The notes under the pieces are model-generated. The model searched no databases and had not been told where the DNA came from. It saw only the letters and a list, made by a program, of their open reading frames with translations. A stretch of DNA of 63,705 nucleotides, the filler included, from Sphacelaria rigidula (lineage: Eukaryota): NCBI GenBank assembly GCA_964200075.2. It is 5 parts of 5 records of this genome, joined end to end, with 100 filler letters (N's around TTAATTAATTAA, not from the genome) between each part and the next. Parts side by side here need not be neighbours in the genome. Positions count along the whole stretch, not along the records: positions 25,526 to 38,187 come from CAXNAA020003527.1; positions 38,288 to 50,947 come from CAXNAA020003528.1; 3 more parts are not named here. One strand, written 5' to 3'. The translations under genes and the position numbers were made by a program. Of this stretch, positions 36,793 to 48,435 are shown in pieces; the stretch's first letter is position 1; each line of letters opens with the position of its first letter.

Positions 36793-37485
36793 GGATAGCC
36801 GCTTTGAGGGCGCATCGACGGCATTCCTCGAAATTGCTTGCGGCCATGGTAATAATTTGTGTGGGGCCCAATCGTGCCGGCGCTTGGCGCATATGTTGCC
36901 TGTGTTGTGTCCGACTCGTGCGCGAAGTTTCATGAGGGAGCGCTGAGTCGCAGGCAAGAAATTCACAATGAAAGTTTCTCTAAAAAATTGCCGTTTACAG
37001 TAGGAAAGTATCCAAATAAAGACGAGATTCGATCAGGCACTGGTTACGCCGCATATCAGCTGCGGTCACGCAGTATTACGGTACTGTCAATTGTAGTACA
37101 GACAGTACAGACAGTACATTGCATCATCAATCATACTGCACTTTATTATGGTCGAGACAGAGTTTTCAAATTTGAAAGCCACCAGCTGCGCTGCCAGGCA
37201 TGCATGCAAACAATCACACCGTTCTCATTTGTGCTGAAAGCAATTGAGATTTTTTTTCAGACGGATTACACACTCCATATCCTACACCCCAGGCGTGGTG
37301 ACGGGCGAGAACGCGAACCGTGGCCGCCAACTATCGGCCTACCATGGGACCCGCAAGGCACCCATACCGAGCAACACCATGCACACCACCGAACGTGGGA
37401 CATGATCACGTTTTCAGCCTGCAACTTGCGCCGACGATCCAGCCTTGAACATAGCTTTTCAGATATGCCGCATGTTGGGCCGTAG
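36793..37485 (+). pseudogene. Decayed KDZ (Kyakuja-Dileera-Zisupton)-like transposase fragment
   Basis: Ordered motifs TAFLEIACGHG ... VVSDSCAKF ... LPFTVG / VFKFESHQLRCQ / TDY...HPRRGDGREREPW resemble the KDZ core (C-x-H-G, YD-x-x-C, FH-x-x-x-H-x-x-x-CQ, DGE-x-x-E-x-x-W). Frameshifts and probable short introns are present. Confidence 0.5.
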
Positions 37486-38187
37486 GTCCTTCCCAAGAAG
37501 CTCCTGGCTCGTGTGGATTATACCTACTTTGGGGCTGCTCTCAGCTGATATCTTTTACGATGACTCTTGTACGCGAAAATTCGCATGTATTTACCCTTTT
37601 TTTTTTCTGACGCAACACTGGTGAATTAAAACGCGTCTCATGAAGCACGGCCTTTGTTCTGCTGCTGCAGCTGCGGGTGCAACTTTACCGTCCATGTTTT
37701 TTTTTTTATCATGAGGCGCTGAATGCAACAATCACCGATGCTCATGTATCCTGGTTGCCGATCCACTAAGCGTGGCGGCGAAAGCCGCCGAAACCTCGTT
37801 ATATATTCACACATTATATTCTCCGTGTATTGGCAATCAAAGTGAACTGTTGTAGCCAATCCATCTATGAACAACATGCGATGACAATCACCTCGCCCAG
37901 AAACATTTAATTCCGCATGTTCAAACGTCAGTGAAATGGGAAAGTAAGGTACTGGAAAGGCGAGCCTACGTCTGCAACCGCGGGGTCGAGAGATCGGGCT
38001 GATGTGCAGAATAATAATAGTAATAAGGATCAATATCAATATCAATATTTCATCATCATCAATATTATTAATGACCATCATCAATATTATTAATAGCCAA
38101 AATGATGTCCCGCTCGATACTGGGATCAAGTGACCAAAATGTTCCCCCGCTCCAATACTGGAATCAAGTAAGCGTGTGATCCTTCTC

Positions 38188-38287
38188 NNNNNNNNNNNNN
38201 NNNNNNNNNNNNNNNNNNNNNNNNNNNNNNNTTAATTAATTAANNNNNNNNNNNNNNNNNNNNNNNNNNNNNNNNNNNNNNNNNNNN
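38188..38287. other. Artificial contig linker
   Basis: Ns plus TTAATTAATTAA, 100 nt. Confidence 0.99.
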
Positions 38288-39629
38288 GGTGACAAGGCAC
38301 ACCACAGAACGCCACATCCTCAGTCTACCCCTGTGCTGCATTGATCTCGCGCTGTCCTATGCAGTTTGCCACATAATGCACACAACCGCTTGTATCTGCG
38401 GTCCACGTGCACGCGGGATATCATTTGTAAAGCTCTTCGTGTTGGAGCTACAGCGTGCGTGTGCCCCAGGTTGCGCACGCAGGAGTGAAAGGCCGCCTCT
38501 GCTGCTGTCATGGCTGCCTGTATCTTGGGCGAAAATAAAATTATTTGCGCGAAGGGCGATTATGTCCCAGCGTTCAAGATCAGCACCCTGTAAGCACTGA
38601 GGGCTCGTTCGAAATCAGCCGAAGAACTAAAACATGGGACAGGCCTTGTCTCACTGTACTGCAGCACAAACACACTTACTTCCGCTCTCATGAGCTGTAG
38701 CTATCACTGTTCTAGGGTGTGTTTAGACCTTGCGAAGACGGTTTGGTCTCCACTGAGATTGCTTGATGTGCTGTATTGTTGTGTTCGTCTCTTTGTAACC
38801 AACTTGTAACATATGGTATCAGACAGGACGCAGTGCTGTCTACACCCTTGACTGTTGAAAATTCAAAAGTTCATGTTACCCGGACCCATCACTTGCGCGA
38901 TACCGAGCACTGCTGGGTAAAGGCACGCAACCAGCACCGGTATACACCGCTCGACCGGCTGGGCCAGACCCCATGCTCCAATGAAAGGAGCGACGCACAG
39001 CACTGTGCGGATATACTGCACCGCCAGGGTACTGCTTGCACCCGTCAGCATGACGGCTGCTGACGTTGGCATCGGCGCCAGCGCTCGCGGCCATGGCAAG
39101 ATTAATTTAGCAACAAGAGAAGCTGATGGATACTGTATACAGTCCGTCTTCAGGTTCCAAAACAAAAAAAAACACTGCAGAACTGCCATGTTGTCTTGTG
39201 TTCTGTGTAGTACTCTGCATTCCATACACCACTGCACAGTTATCTTGTTTTCAGTTTACTACCCTGTACTCCATATAATGGCGTCATGGTTCGAGCAGTT
39301 TTTTGAAAAGTTCTCCCTTGTTTCTTCAAAAGTTCTCCTCGTTTTTTACAAAGTATTCCGAAAAAACGAGTGTTTTCTGTCACAGAAATCTAATGCCGAA
39401 TCTGGAATAGCCTGACACAACAACCAATTTGTAAATTGGAATTTTACGCATAAGTTACCCGCACATCGGAGGCTCGCACGAGCCGTGCCGCTTCGGGGTA
39501 GAAAAAGACAAAAATACCCCATCTTCAAACGAGGGAAGGGGTGTGAGATCCGGGAACCAAGACGACATGAAAGGATGGAGAATGTAGATCACCCCAGAGG
39601 AAAAACACCGACGAAATGTTCACACACAG

Positions 39630-39930
39630 GTGGCCACTGGAGTGCCTGGAGGGTGGCATTTTGGACCCTCCATACCCTCTGCAAGGTACCTTGCCACGGA
39701 GGGTCAGAAACGTGACGTTGCCAGCGTATATGTTGGAACTCATTACAGGTTGCAGGCATGTTCAAGGCAAGTGTACCACCGTAGTGGCCACTGGAGTGCC
39801 TGGAACGTGCCTCAATGGATGTTCCACAGGTTCGACAACGTACCTTGCGGGGCAAGGTCGGGAACGTGACGTTGCCAGGGTATACATTGGGACCCATTAC
39901 AGGTTGCAAGCACGTTGAAGGCAGGTGTAC
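39630..39930. repeat. Tandem duplication, two units of about 155 bp
   Basis: GTGGCCACTGGAGTGCCTGGA...AACGTGACGTTGCCAG...CATTACAGGTTGCA...AAGGCA-GTGTAC at 39630 and 39785. Confidence 0.85.
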
Positions 39931-40196
39931 AAGTTACAGGCACGACTGATTTTTCAAACTCCAACAAATAAGGGGCGCGGGGGGGGGGGTAGTCATGATC
40001 TTGCACGCCATAGTCTTACTAGCTGGGCCAGCGTTGGCACGGGTTAAAGTTCTCAAGGCGATGTGTCATCGAGACAGCTGACTTGGGCCGTGATCTGCAT
40101 ATCGTATTATCCGTCGAATGAGGGGAAAGGGGCCCATCTGCTCAAAAGTCTGGGCCAATTCTTTTCATTGATTACACCCCATGTCTAGTATACCTA

Positions 40197-40773
40197 CGAG
40201 CTGGGTCAGCTTAAAAGCTGCTAAAACTTGCGCACACCACAGCTTCCCCATTTTCCCGAATGAACCCGATGTAAGTATATCACCGTGACGTGTAGACCAA
40301 CCTGGTGACACACGGCACCGCCGCTGAATGAAAAAAAGATGAAAAAAAACTACTGCGTAATGTATGACCTTAACGACGGATAAAAAAAGAAGAGAATATG
40401 TCGGGATCTGAACTCATGACCTCCGTCATTGGAGTCTCCCATCACTTAATTTACAGGAAATGTTGAACGCGCGGCCCAATTCCACGAGTCTTGAGCTGAA
40501 ACTCAGGAAGACCTTCTGCACCCAAGGAACTGATACTTCACGTGTCCAGCTGCAGATTCTCTTATTTTGCCTGGACTCATGGCATTGTCCTGTTTTGCTG
40601 GAATTTCAAATGTCCATAACTTTTTATTTCCTCATTTTTTTATTCGCTGATCCCATGATCTTCTGAATTTCGATCATGATAAGCTTCTGTCAAAATTTCA
40701 GCGTCCAACTCCTAATATCGCGCCGTGCGTCGCCTGAGCGAGATTCACACCTACTCTCGGCTGGTCCAACTCG
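40197..40773 (-). mobile_element. TA-flanked MITE, second copy
   Basis: TA-CGAGCTGGGTCAGC ... GCTGGTCCAACTCG-TA; reverse-complement homolog of 27863-28539. Confidence 0.8.
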
Positions 40774-40804
40774 TATACCCTACGGAGATAGCGCCCATAC
40801 TACA

Positions 40805-42165
40805 TTCTATATGGAACCTCGAACGATACGTTCAACAGATGACGACGATTTTTGGTAGGAACATTCCCTGGAGCACGGGCAGACGAGAGATGCCCGCACC
40901 CTCACGTAATTCGTTATCAATCTCGAGATATGGCGCACATACCGTTTGATACAAAATCAATATATCACGAGCAGAGGCACTAAGCACACTAAATCTGGAT
41001 ATTGCGTCTCAGTGTTTGAAGGTGGTACTTTAAAAATCCGTATGGGGAACTGGTAGTGCATAATAAAAGAAAAAAAGGGCTTTTTTACTCTATGATTAAT
41101 TCTTCTCTTTTTTTTTCTTTATTTTTGGCGAGTTTCGAGAAGAAATGAACATTGATCTTGGAACTCATCATGGGTTTTCAGCTAATTTTTCAGAATTGTG
41201 ATTTTGAAACTAGCATGGAGAATCACAGAGGTATGCTGAATAAACAAAAACAAAAAAATGGGCCTTCGAATTTTTTTCTCAGAGGTTTGGCCGGGAAAAT
41301 ACGGTTTTGAATTTCCATCGACCCGGTTACTAAACGGCCCATGCACACCTCAATTTTTAGAGTTGGCCCCTGAAACTTGGTATACACAATATATATATGG
41401 CATACATGATAAAGTAAAGCCGGACCCAAAGATTTCGCGTATATTTCCATGAGTTGGAAGTAATACTCACTCTTCAGATTTCAGTAAAAAGCCAGTATAT
41501 CATGATATATATATATATATGTGTGTGTATATCTTTGGGTCCGGCATTCTTTTTCATGTACTGTATGTCCTGTTCATTGTCCATACCAAATTTCAGGGGT
41601 CACCTCTAAATGTTGAGATGATATTGGGCCTCCAAACCACAAACACGCTTCTAGACGCCAATACCATTTACTCCGGAGTGTTATTTTATTTGTCGCACTT
41701 TGAACCCCCCCGCCCCTTCCCCCCCCCCCCCCACCCAACCGGACGAATCCGTGGTCTCGAGGGATCAACCCATCTCTCTCCCGTGCTATACTAGAGTCGA
41801 AATGGATCCCGAACGATATGCACAGCGGATGATGACGAGTTTCGGTCCAAACATTCCCCGAGGCACGAGGAATGCATGGATACGGTCACTCGACGATATT
41901 CGTGATTCATCTATCTCGAGATGTTGGGCACATTAGATTCTATACTGAAATCAATACGTTATGAGTCGAGGCACTAGATGCCCTCAATACGGGTATCGCG
42001 TCTCAGTTTTTGAGAGTTGTGTAATACAATTTTGTATGGAGAACCGCTAGTGCAAAATAAAATAAAATATAAACAGCCTTTTCTTTATTCCTTTGTTGTT
42101 TTCATATATTTTTGTTTTTTTAGGGCAGCTGTGAGGAGAAATGAACATTGCACTTGGTTGGGCCT
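40805..42165. repeat. Direct repeat pair (about 40805-41160 and 41795-42165) enclosing an inverted pair (about 41365-41435 and 41530-41605)
   Basis: CGAACGATA...AACATTCCC...ATCTCGAGAT...GAGGCACTA...GCGTCTCAGT...AGAAATGAACATTG occurs twice; CCGGACCCAAAGAT / ATCTTTGGGTCCGG are inverted. Confidence 0.7.
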
Positions 42166-42624
42166 TATCCCAATTCTATACAGGCTGGTTCACGGAAAAC
42201 CCCCCAAAAAACACTGATCAGCAAACCTTCACGCTGTTTTAAGGAGTTAGACCGAGAGGGCCCAAAAAAACGTTGACCGCGACATTATGTACCTCTCCCC
42301 CCCTCCCCTTCCGTGCACTATTTTGGACTGGGTGGGCGCGTGGGGGTCGGGGAAATGGGGGGAGCAGTCCCGTGAGGTACGTAATGGCACGGATGTTTTG
42401 TTATGTTCCATTATGTCAATGTTGTGAGCGCTGTTGTGTCGCGCAAAAGCGACCCGCCCCTCCTGGTCAGGGCCGAGCCTGAAAATCCCCCTCCTGCCAC
42501 TGACTGCCGGGCTTTTCCGACCTGTTTCGGGATCTCCGCGCGGGCTGTTGTTCCCGCCACCTCCGACCGCACCCCTCGCTCTGCTGTTGTTTGTTTGTAG
42601 GCTATAGTAAAACTCACGAGCCCA

Positions 42625-43040
42625 CCGGCGACAGGGTTCGCGCGAAATGAGGAACGTTTTTTTTTAACGGAACGAGAGATTTTTGTGATTTTCATCATCA
42701 AGACGGTCAAGACGCCCGAGACGGCCGTCGCACCGTGGAAGCTCGTGACTTCACGGCATGTTTGGTGCAGTCCGATTCGAAATCGACGCCGTCAGTGCAG
42801 AGTTCCGATGAGAAACGTGTCGGAAAAAGCAAGAGAAAAATCGACAGATTATCGATCGTATCTCGTGAAAAACCTCACCGATTTCAAATCGGACTGGATC
42901 AACATTTCTGTTTAATCGTAGACTTCCACGGGGTGGCGGCCGTTTCGGACAATTCGACCGTTTTGATGGTAAAAATCACGAAAAAACTCCCGTTCCGGAA
43001 AAAAATCCTTTCCTCATTTGGCGAAAACCCTGTACGGCGC
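42625..43040. mobile_element. Foldback / long-TIR element with imperfect arms of about 125 bp
   Basis: The two arms translate to near-identical peptides on opposite strands (TVLMMKITKISRSVKKKRSSFRANPV versus TVLMVKITKKLPFRKKILSSFGENPV). Confidence 0.75.
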
Positions 43041-43369
43041 GCTTACTTCCGTGCTGTGTGTATTTGACGGTAGCTTCATGCTGCGCACGCTTTGATCTTC
43101 CTCAAGATGAACACGACAGTCGTGTAATCCTTTGGTGCGCTCCTGAATCTTGCGAGTGATCAGGCCACCAGATTACCCCATGCTCCCTCTCGACAACACT
43201 CAACGTTTCACTGGGGAACTATGTGGAGCAAATTGCCATGATCCACAGGCTATCCCAGTGGAGATCAATGTTGTTTGCCAGTTCAAGAAGGGAAGCAGCT
43301 TGCTTGGGGGCCTGTCGTCCCGAGGAAGGGGAGGGATTCAGAGTGTGAAACATAATCAATAAAAGATAA

Positions 43370-43515
43370 TGATGATGACATTAACAATGATGATGATAAT
43401 ATTACAAATAACAATGATAAAAATAATAATCTCAAGAATAATGAATACAGTAGGGAATAATAGTAATAATAGTAATAATAATAGTGATGATAAAAGTAGA
43501 AGTAATAATGATAAA
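43370..43515. repeat. Degenerate (AAT/GAT/AGT)n microsatellite
   Basis: Trinucleotide periodicity is directly visible. Confidence 0.85.
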
Positions 43516-43639
43516 TGAAAACAAAACGAAAAAAAAACAAAATGAAAAATAAACATGTAATCGTGGTATGTGATTAGTTTGGGGGGGGAGGGGGGCTCGA
43601 CCCCAAAAACCAAGATTTTTTATTGTGGGGCTCACGTGT

Positions 43640-43782
43640 GAGGCATGCTACGGCAGGGGTGCACATTTTTCTTCTGAGGCTCCTTGCTCAAGTAGCCTCT
43701 CGATGTCAAATATCTGGGCCTCAGTGATCAGCCTCAGAAAACACTTTCGACCGAAAAGTGCATCCCCATCGTAGCATGCCTC
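43640..43782. mobile_element. 143-bp MITE with GAG termini and 4-bp TSD (Sola-like)
   Basis: TIR GAGGCATGCTACGGCAGGGGTGCAC / GTGCATCCCCATCGTAGCATGCCTC; TSD GTGT at 43636-43639 and 43783-43786. Confidence 0.88.
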
Positions 43783-44782
43783 GTGTCCAGAAATCTCATC
43801 TGCGCAGCCCCCCTGGTAATTTCCTAATTTTCTCAAAAAATGAGCCTCAGATTCCTCATCAGCAAATCCCAAATTCCTAGTTTCTGTCGTCGCGTTTTGT
43901 ATGTACTGTATATACTGTATTGCTTGTACAAAAAAGAAGAGGCGTCGTCAATACACAGAAGCACTCAAGAAGCCAGCGATACACTGACAATACACCACAA
44001 ACAGTATTACCTGCATATAAACTGTAGAGCTATGCGTCGCGTCATTTTTATTTCATGAGTACAGAACATGGCATGTCGATCGCGGGACAGAGCATGAACA
44101 AGCGATCTCCTGAGGGGGTGAAACGAGGTGGTTACATGAAGTCCTACACCTACTCCTCGCATACCGTAGGAGCAGAACAAGTCTCGCTGCCCTGCACTCC
44201 GTGGGAACACGATCACTACAGGTCTCGAGCGGCAAATGAGCACGGGCGATCCATCCATGGCGACCACACAACTGACATATCCGTATCCCAATAGGACTTG
44301 TGTGTCAAAGATTACCCCAGAAAGAACGGGCTGCTGGGTTACCGTGAGAGGTGGTACCTATAGGCTATTTTTTCCTCAACACTGTCTTGAGTGTGAGTAT
44401 TCTCACAAATGGTCGAGAGCTTTCTGCGCGGTCACTCAAGATGGAAAGAGGGCCAGCTGGAAAAATCTACCTTGGGCCCATCTTCAGAATCCGGGCGGAC
44501 GTTCTTCTCGTCACTCCCGAACGGAAGTAGCAAAAGCCTAAGCGGCACGTGAAGGTTGCACATGATGATGTACTGCAGAAGAACCCTGGATGGGAAAAGT
44601 TCCATCTTGGCTACGAGGACAAGCCGGAGTCCGACACCCTACTGTGGTGGGTAGCTCGCTTATTTAAACGCAGCCATGCACACTGCACTGATTTGCAGCA
44701 TTGTCATCGTTGGCGAGTACATACAAGAGTCTTATGATCAGGGTTGTTCGAAATTCATAGAGTACAGTACAGGAATAATTAT

Positions 44783-45499
44783 CAAAGATGTGCGTTACCC
44801 CAGGTTCACGACATTATTACCTACCGGAAGTTACCTAAAATCGGATTTTGACATTACCTACCGGTAGTTACCGCAAGTGTCAGGGGACAATAATGCCTCA
44901 CCCCCGGGGTTTTTGTTTTTTTTTGTTCGCCTAGCAGTGCTGTCCGTGGGCGTGTACCGGACCTGTTTTCTGCGCGCTTTTGACGGTATTGTTGATACTT
45001 CGAACGTTTGCTGCAAGACCCATCTGAAACAATGCTGCTGTAGATGAGATGCTATTCTTGGCTCGTGGCTGCTCGATCTGCTGCTGTCTGGCTTGATACA
45101 GTGAAATAATACTTCGGAGTACTTCGAAGACAGAAAAAAACTCGAAGTATGTCTGCGGTGTGCGTAGCAGATGTGTTTCAGAATTTGAATCAGCTGGGGA
45201 CCCCGTGGATGATTTTGGTGGGGGGGGGGGGGGGGGCCCGGGGGAAAAACCCCCAAAAAACACGGGGATTAGGGAGGATACACCAACGTACCTACGCGNN
45301 NNNNNNNNGGAGTTGACGTAAGAATGTTTTTTGAAATATGGAAGCACCGGGGAACCCGGTGGTTTTTTGTTGGGGGGGGGGGGGGGGGTCCCCGTGGAAA
45401 CACCCGCAAAAAACTCGGGTATTACCCAGGATCAACCACGTTACCTACCCGCCAACATCATTACCGGTAATTACCAGTAGCGGGTAACGCACATCCCTG
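44783..45499. mobile_element. hAT-like non-autonomous DNA transposon
   Basis: TIR CAAAGATGTGCGTTACCC / GGGTAACGCACATCCCTG; subterminal TTACC repeats; 8-bp flanks ATAATTAT and GTATTTAT match at 6 of 8 positions. Confidence 0.7.
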
Positions 45500-46306
45500 G
45501 TATTTATTAGCAACGGCTTTTTCAACTCCCGCTATTTTTCCCCTCGAGAAGAATGGTCAATCTCCTACTCACGAAAAGATGAAAAAAAGGCGAATCCGCA
45601 CCACCCTTTCATCATACTCCGGAGGACAGCTGTTTTTCTACTGTTAGTTACAGCTTGGCGGTGATCCTCAGATCTACTGCGCCAACCCACTGCAGTTGTC
45701 TGCTGTCTTCCGTTTGGAACCTATATCCCCCATGAGTGTTCCTGTGACCACGGGTCGGAGAGGTTGAACCTATAATGTCACGAGAAAGGAGCCAATCATC
45801 GAGCATAACGATGGTCGATATCGCAGAGCCAGAAAAAACTGGCCAATCATTTGGATACTGCTTTGAAACCATTATTTGACGTTTCCGGCTACGGATGCTT
45901 CATACAGCAAGCGGCTACAACAGGAAGTATATAACATCCAGCAAACAGTCGATTTTCGAAAATGGGGTTTGATGAAAAAAATGGGTTTCAACTCAAAACC
46001 CGTGCTTTTCCTGACCTCAAATCATGACAAGGGGCGGTTATGTGAACAACATCATCCCTCTCGACCTCCCTAAAACTACTTCGGCGGACTTCTGGCCTTC
46101 CGCTCCCCCAAAGGGTATATGCGAAAGCACGATTTCGCCCGTGATTTCGGGGTGGGAATGTTTTCGCTTCTACCGGGTGGATTAAAGTCCTCTGGAGGCC
46201 TGTTTTGCCTCTGGAGGGCCGCGCATCCCTCAAGAGGAATGAGGAGGGATGCGCGGCCCTCCAGAGCACCATTTATTTCGTTACTCTCGAGGGATTCAGA
46301 CCTCAG

Positions 46307-48435
46307 ATGTCACTGGAGCATCAGATGCCCTCCCGAGGATTCTTTCTCGACGCCCCTGTGAGTAGCTCCAGCAACACTGGGGAGACGGGGGAAGCTAGCG
46401 ATCCTCCCCGTAAGACGGGGGAAAGCGTAGCAAAGCCGGGACCACCGCAGGAGACCGTGGAGGTGTGAGCGCCAAAGCACCCAAGCCTCCGAAGAGTCCC
46501 GAGACGAGGACGGAGGATGTGGAGCCACCCTTTCCTACCTCAAAAGGTAAGGGGGAGGGCAAGCAGGCCGGGGAGAAGCGACAGGCTCTACATCAGAAGG
46601 TCCTGCGACGGTGTGAGAGTTCCGAATGGATCCGGCATTGCTTTCCGAACTGAGAGAGCATGCCGTCAATAGCGGCAGTTCTGACGAGGAGGAAGAGGAC
46701 GTCAGTAGTAGTGAGGCGTACAGCAATAGCGCCCAAGATAGTGAGGACGATGACGATAGTGAGAATGCCGACAGCCATAGCAATAGTGACAGTAGCGGCG
46801 GCGGCGGGAGTAATGGCACGAGGAAACATTTCTCGGCCGCGAACTCCTACGATGATGACGAGGCGCCAGGAATCATTGAAAACGACGACGGAACAATGAC
46901 GTTGGAGGCTTCGCCGAGCCGGTTGCGACTCGAAAATTTTCCGTCTCAAGGACCCGGTGGTGAAAAAGGTCTCAGAGACGGCGGCGATCAGGACCAAAAA
47001 GGCGGCGGAGACGGAGATGTGGAAAACGGGACTGTGGACACGGACGTATTCACGAGCTCTCGCAGATGCCGCCGCCACCGCCGCCTTCACGTCGGCGTGT
47101 GCCAAGTAATGGGGCAAACGACGGCGGGGATGAGGGAAAATAAGGCGGCGGAGACGGAGGTGTGCGAGGCGGATCGGCGCGGACTCCATTACCCCATCAC
47201 CCTGTAAACGAGCAGCCTACTGAGCAACCGGGCGGTCGATCAGAAGGCGGCCTCGACGGTCCTCTCATGTTGTCGTCCGCCGGCACCTCAGTTGCTCGAT
47301 CGCGTTCAGGGAGTAAAAGCCGGTGCGCGATCGCCCCGGCTAGCCTCCCGAAGGGAGGTAGAGGGGGAGGAGAGAATCTCCGCGGGGAGAAGCAATGTAC
47401 GGCAAGGGGAAGCGTAGATGAAGTGTCAGGGAAGTACTGTAACCTCCTCGACTTGACGCCCTCCCCGGCCTGTAAACCAATGCCACGCGCGGTGTACCTC
47501 TTGAGATGGATTTGCTTCGTGATTTGGATAACGAAACCCGTACGGAGGGAAGGGGCGCTCTACCTCCCCCTCGTGGTGCTAGTGGTGTCCGTTTCCATCC
47601 AGAGGCAAGCGGCTCTCTGTATCCGAGTAGTCCTAAGGGTGGCCGTGGTGAGGTGAGAAGTGTCCCCGGGACACGGAACCTCGACCAGTGGATGGAGGAC
47701 CTGTCGGACGTAATCTGTGGTCACCCGCCGATATTGCATTTTCCCGCCCTCGGGGTGGGATCGTTCTCGAGCACCCTGATGTACGCTCCTCGCTTGTCGC
47801 GCGAGAAGGAGGCAGAGGTAATTCGGCAAGCTGAGAGTCAGGTTGCAGAGTTGAAGAGTCGACGGACCGCTCTCGTCGGGAGTAGCACCTTTATGCCCGA
47901 GTTAGGAGGGGATACCCTCGCCGAGGCCTTCCACAACTCCGAGCCGTCTCGCCGATCGGTACCGGACGCAAACGAGCTTGACACGATGTCTAGCAAAGTG
48001 GTCATGAAGATTTTGGCCACTTACGTCCGCCTCCACCTATCGGAGGTCGTCAGATGCGGCGGTGGAAAGGAGGACGTAGACTACAATATGGATTTCGTCG
48101 ACGTCCGTCTCTAGTTGAAGATGTCGGAGACCATTCTCAGCGACCTTGTGGAGGACCCTGCCACAAGGGGCCACGGTAAGTACCTGTGGTTGAGGCTGAG
48201 CAAGGCGCTCAACACCCGGCACCACCACGGGCAAGAGTGGGTGAGGATGGGCGGGGAGATGGGCCAGCGGGCTGGCATCGATACCGTCGTGGCAGAACTC
48301 CATTGTGCGGTCGTGAAGTCTTTGCTTCTTTATGCGCAACTGCAGGAGCTCCGCAAAGAGATTGCGGCCAAATTGGTGATACTCGGAGAAATCTATCGAC
48401 CTCACCCGTACCACAGCGGTGAAGGGAGTTTGTGA
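46307..48435 (+). pseudogene. Long disabled ORF of unknown family: acidic/disordered N-terminal part, helical-looking C-terminal part
   Basis: Successive GC-rich protein-like segments (46307-46468, 46465-46653, 46626-47207, 47506-48114, 48115-48435) are linked by frameshifts; the last two share one frame and are separated by a single TAG. Confidence 0.55.

Noticed and set aside
38876..39094. First exon of a gene (MAASAGADANV...)
   Set aside because: Good ATG context and a possible donor, but the nearest acceptor gives a stop within ten codons in the required phase and no domain is recognisable.
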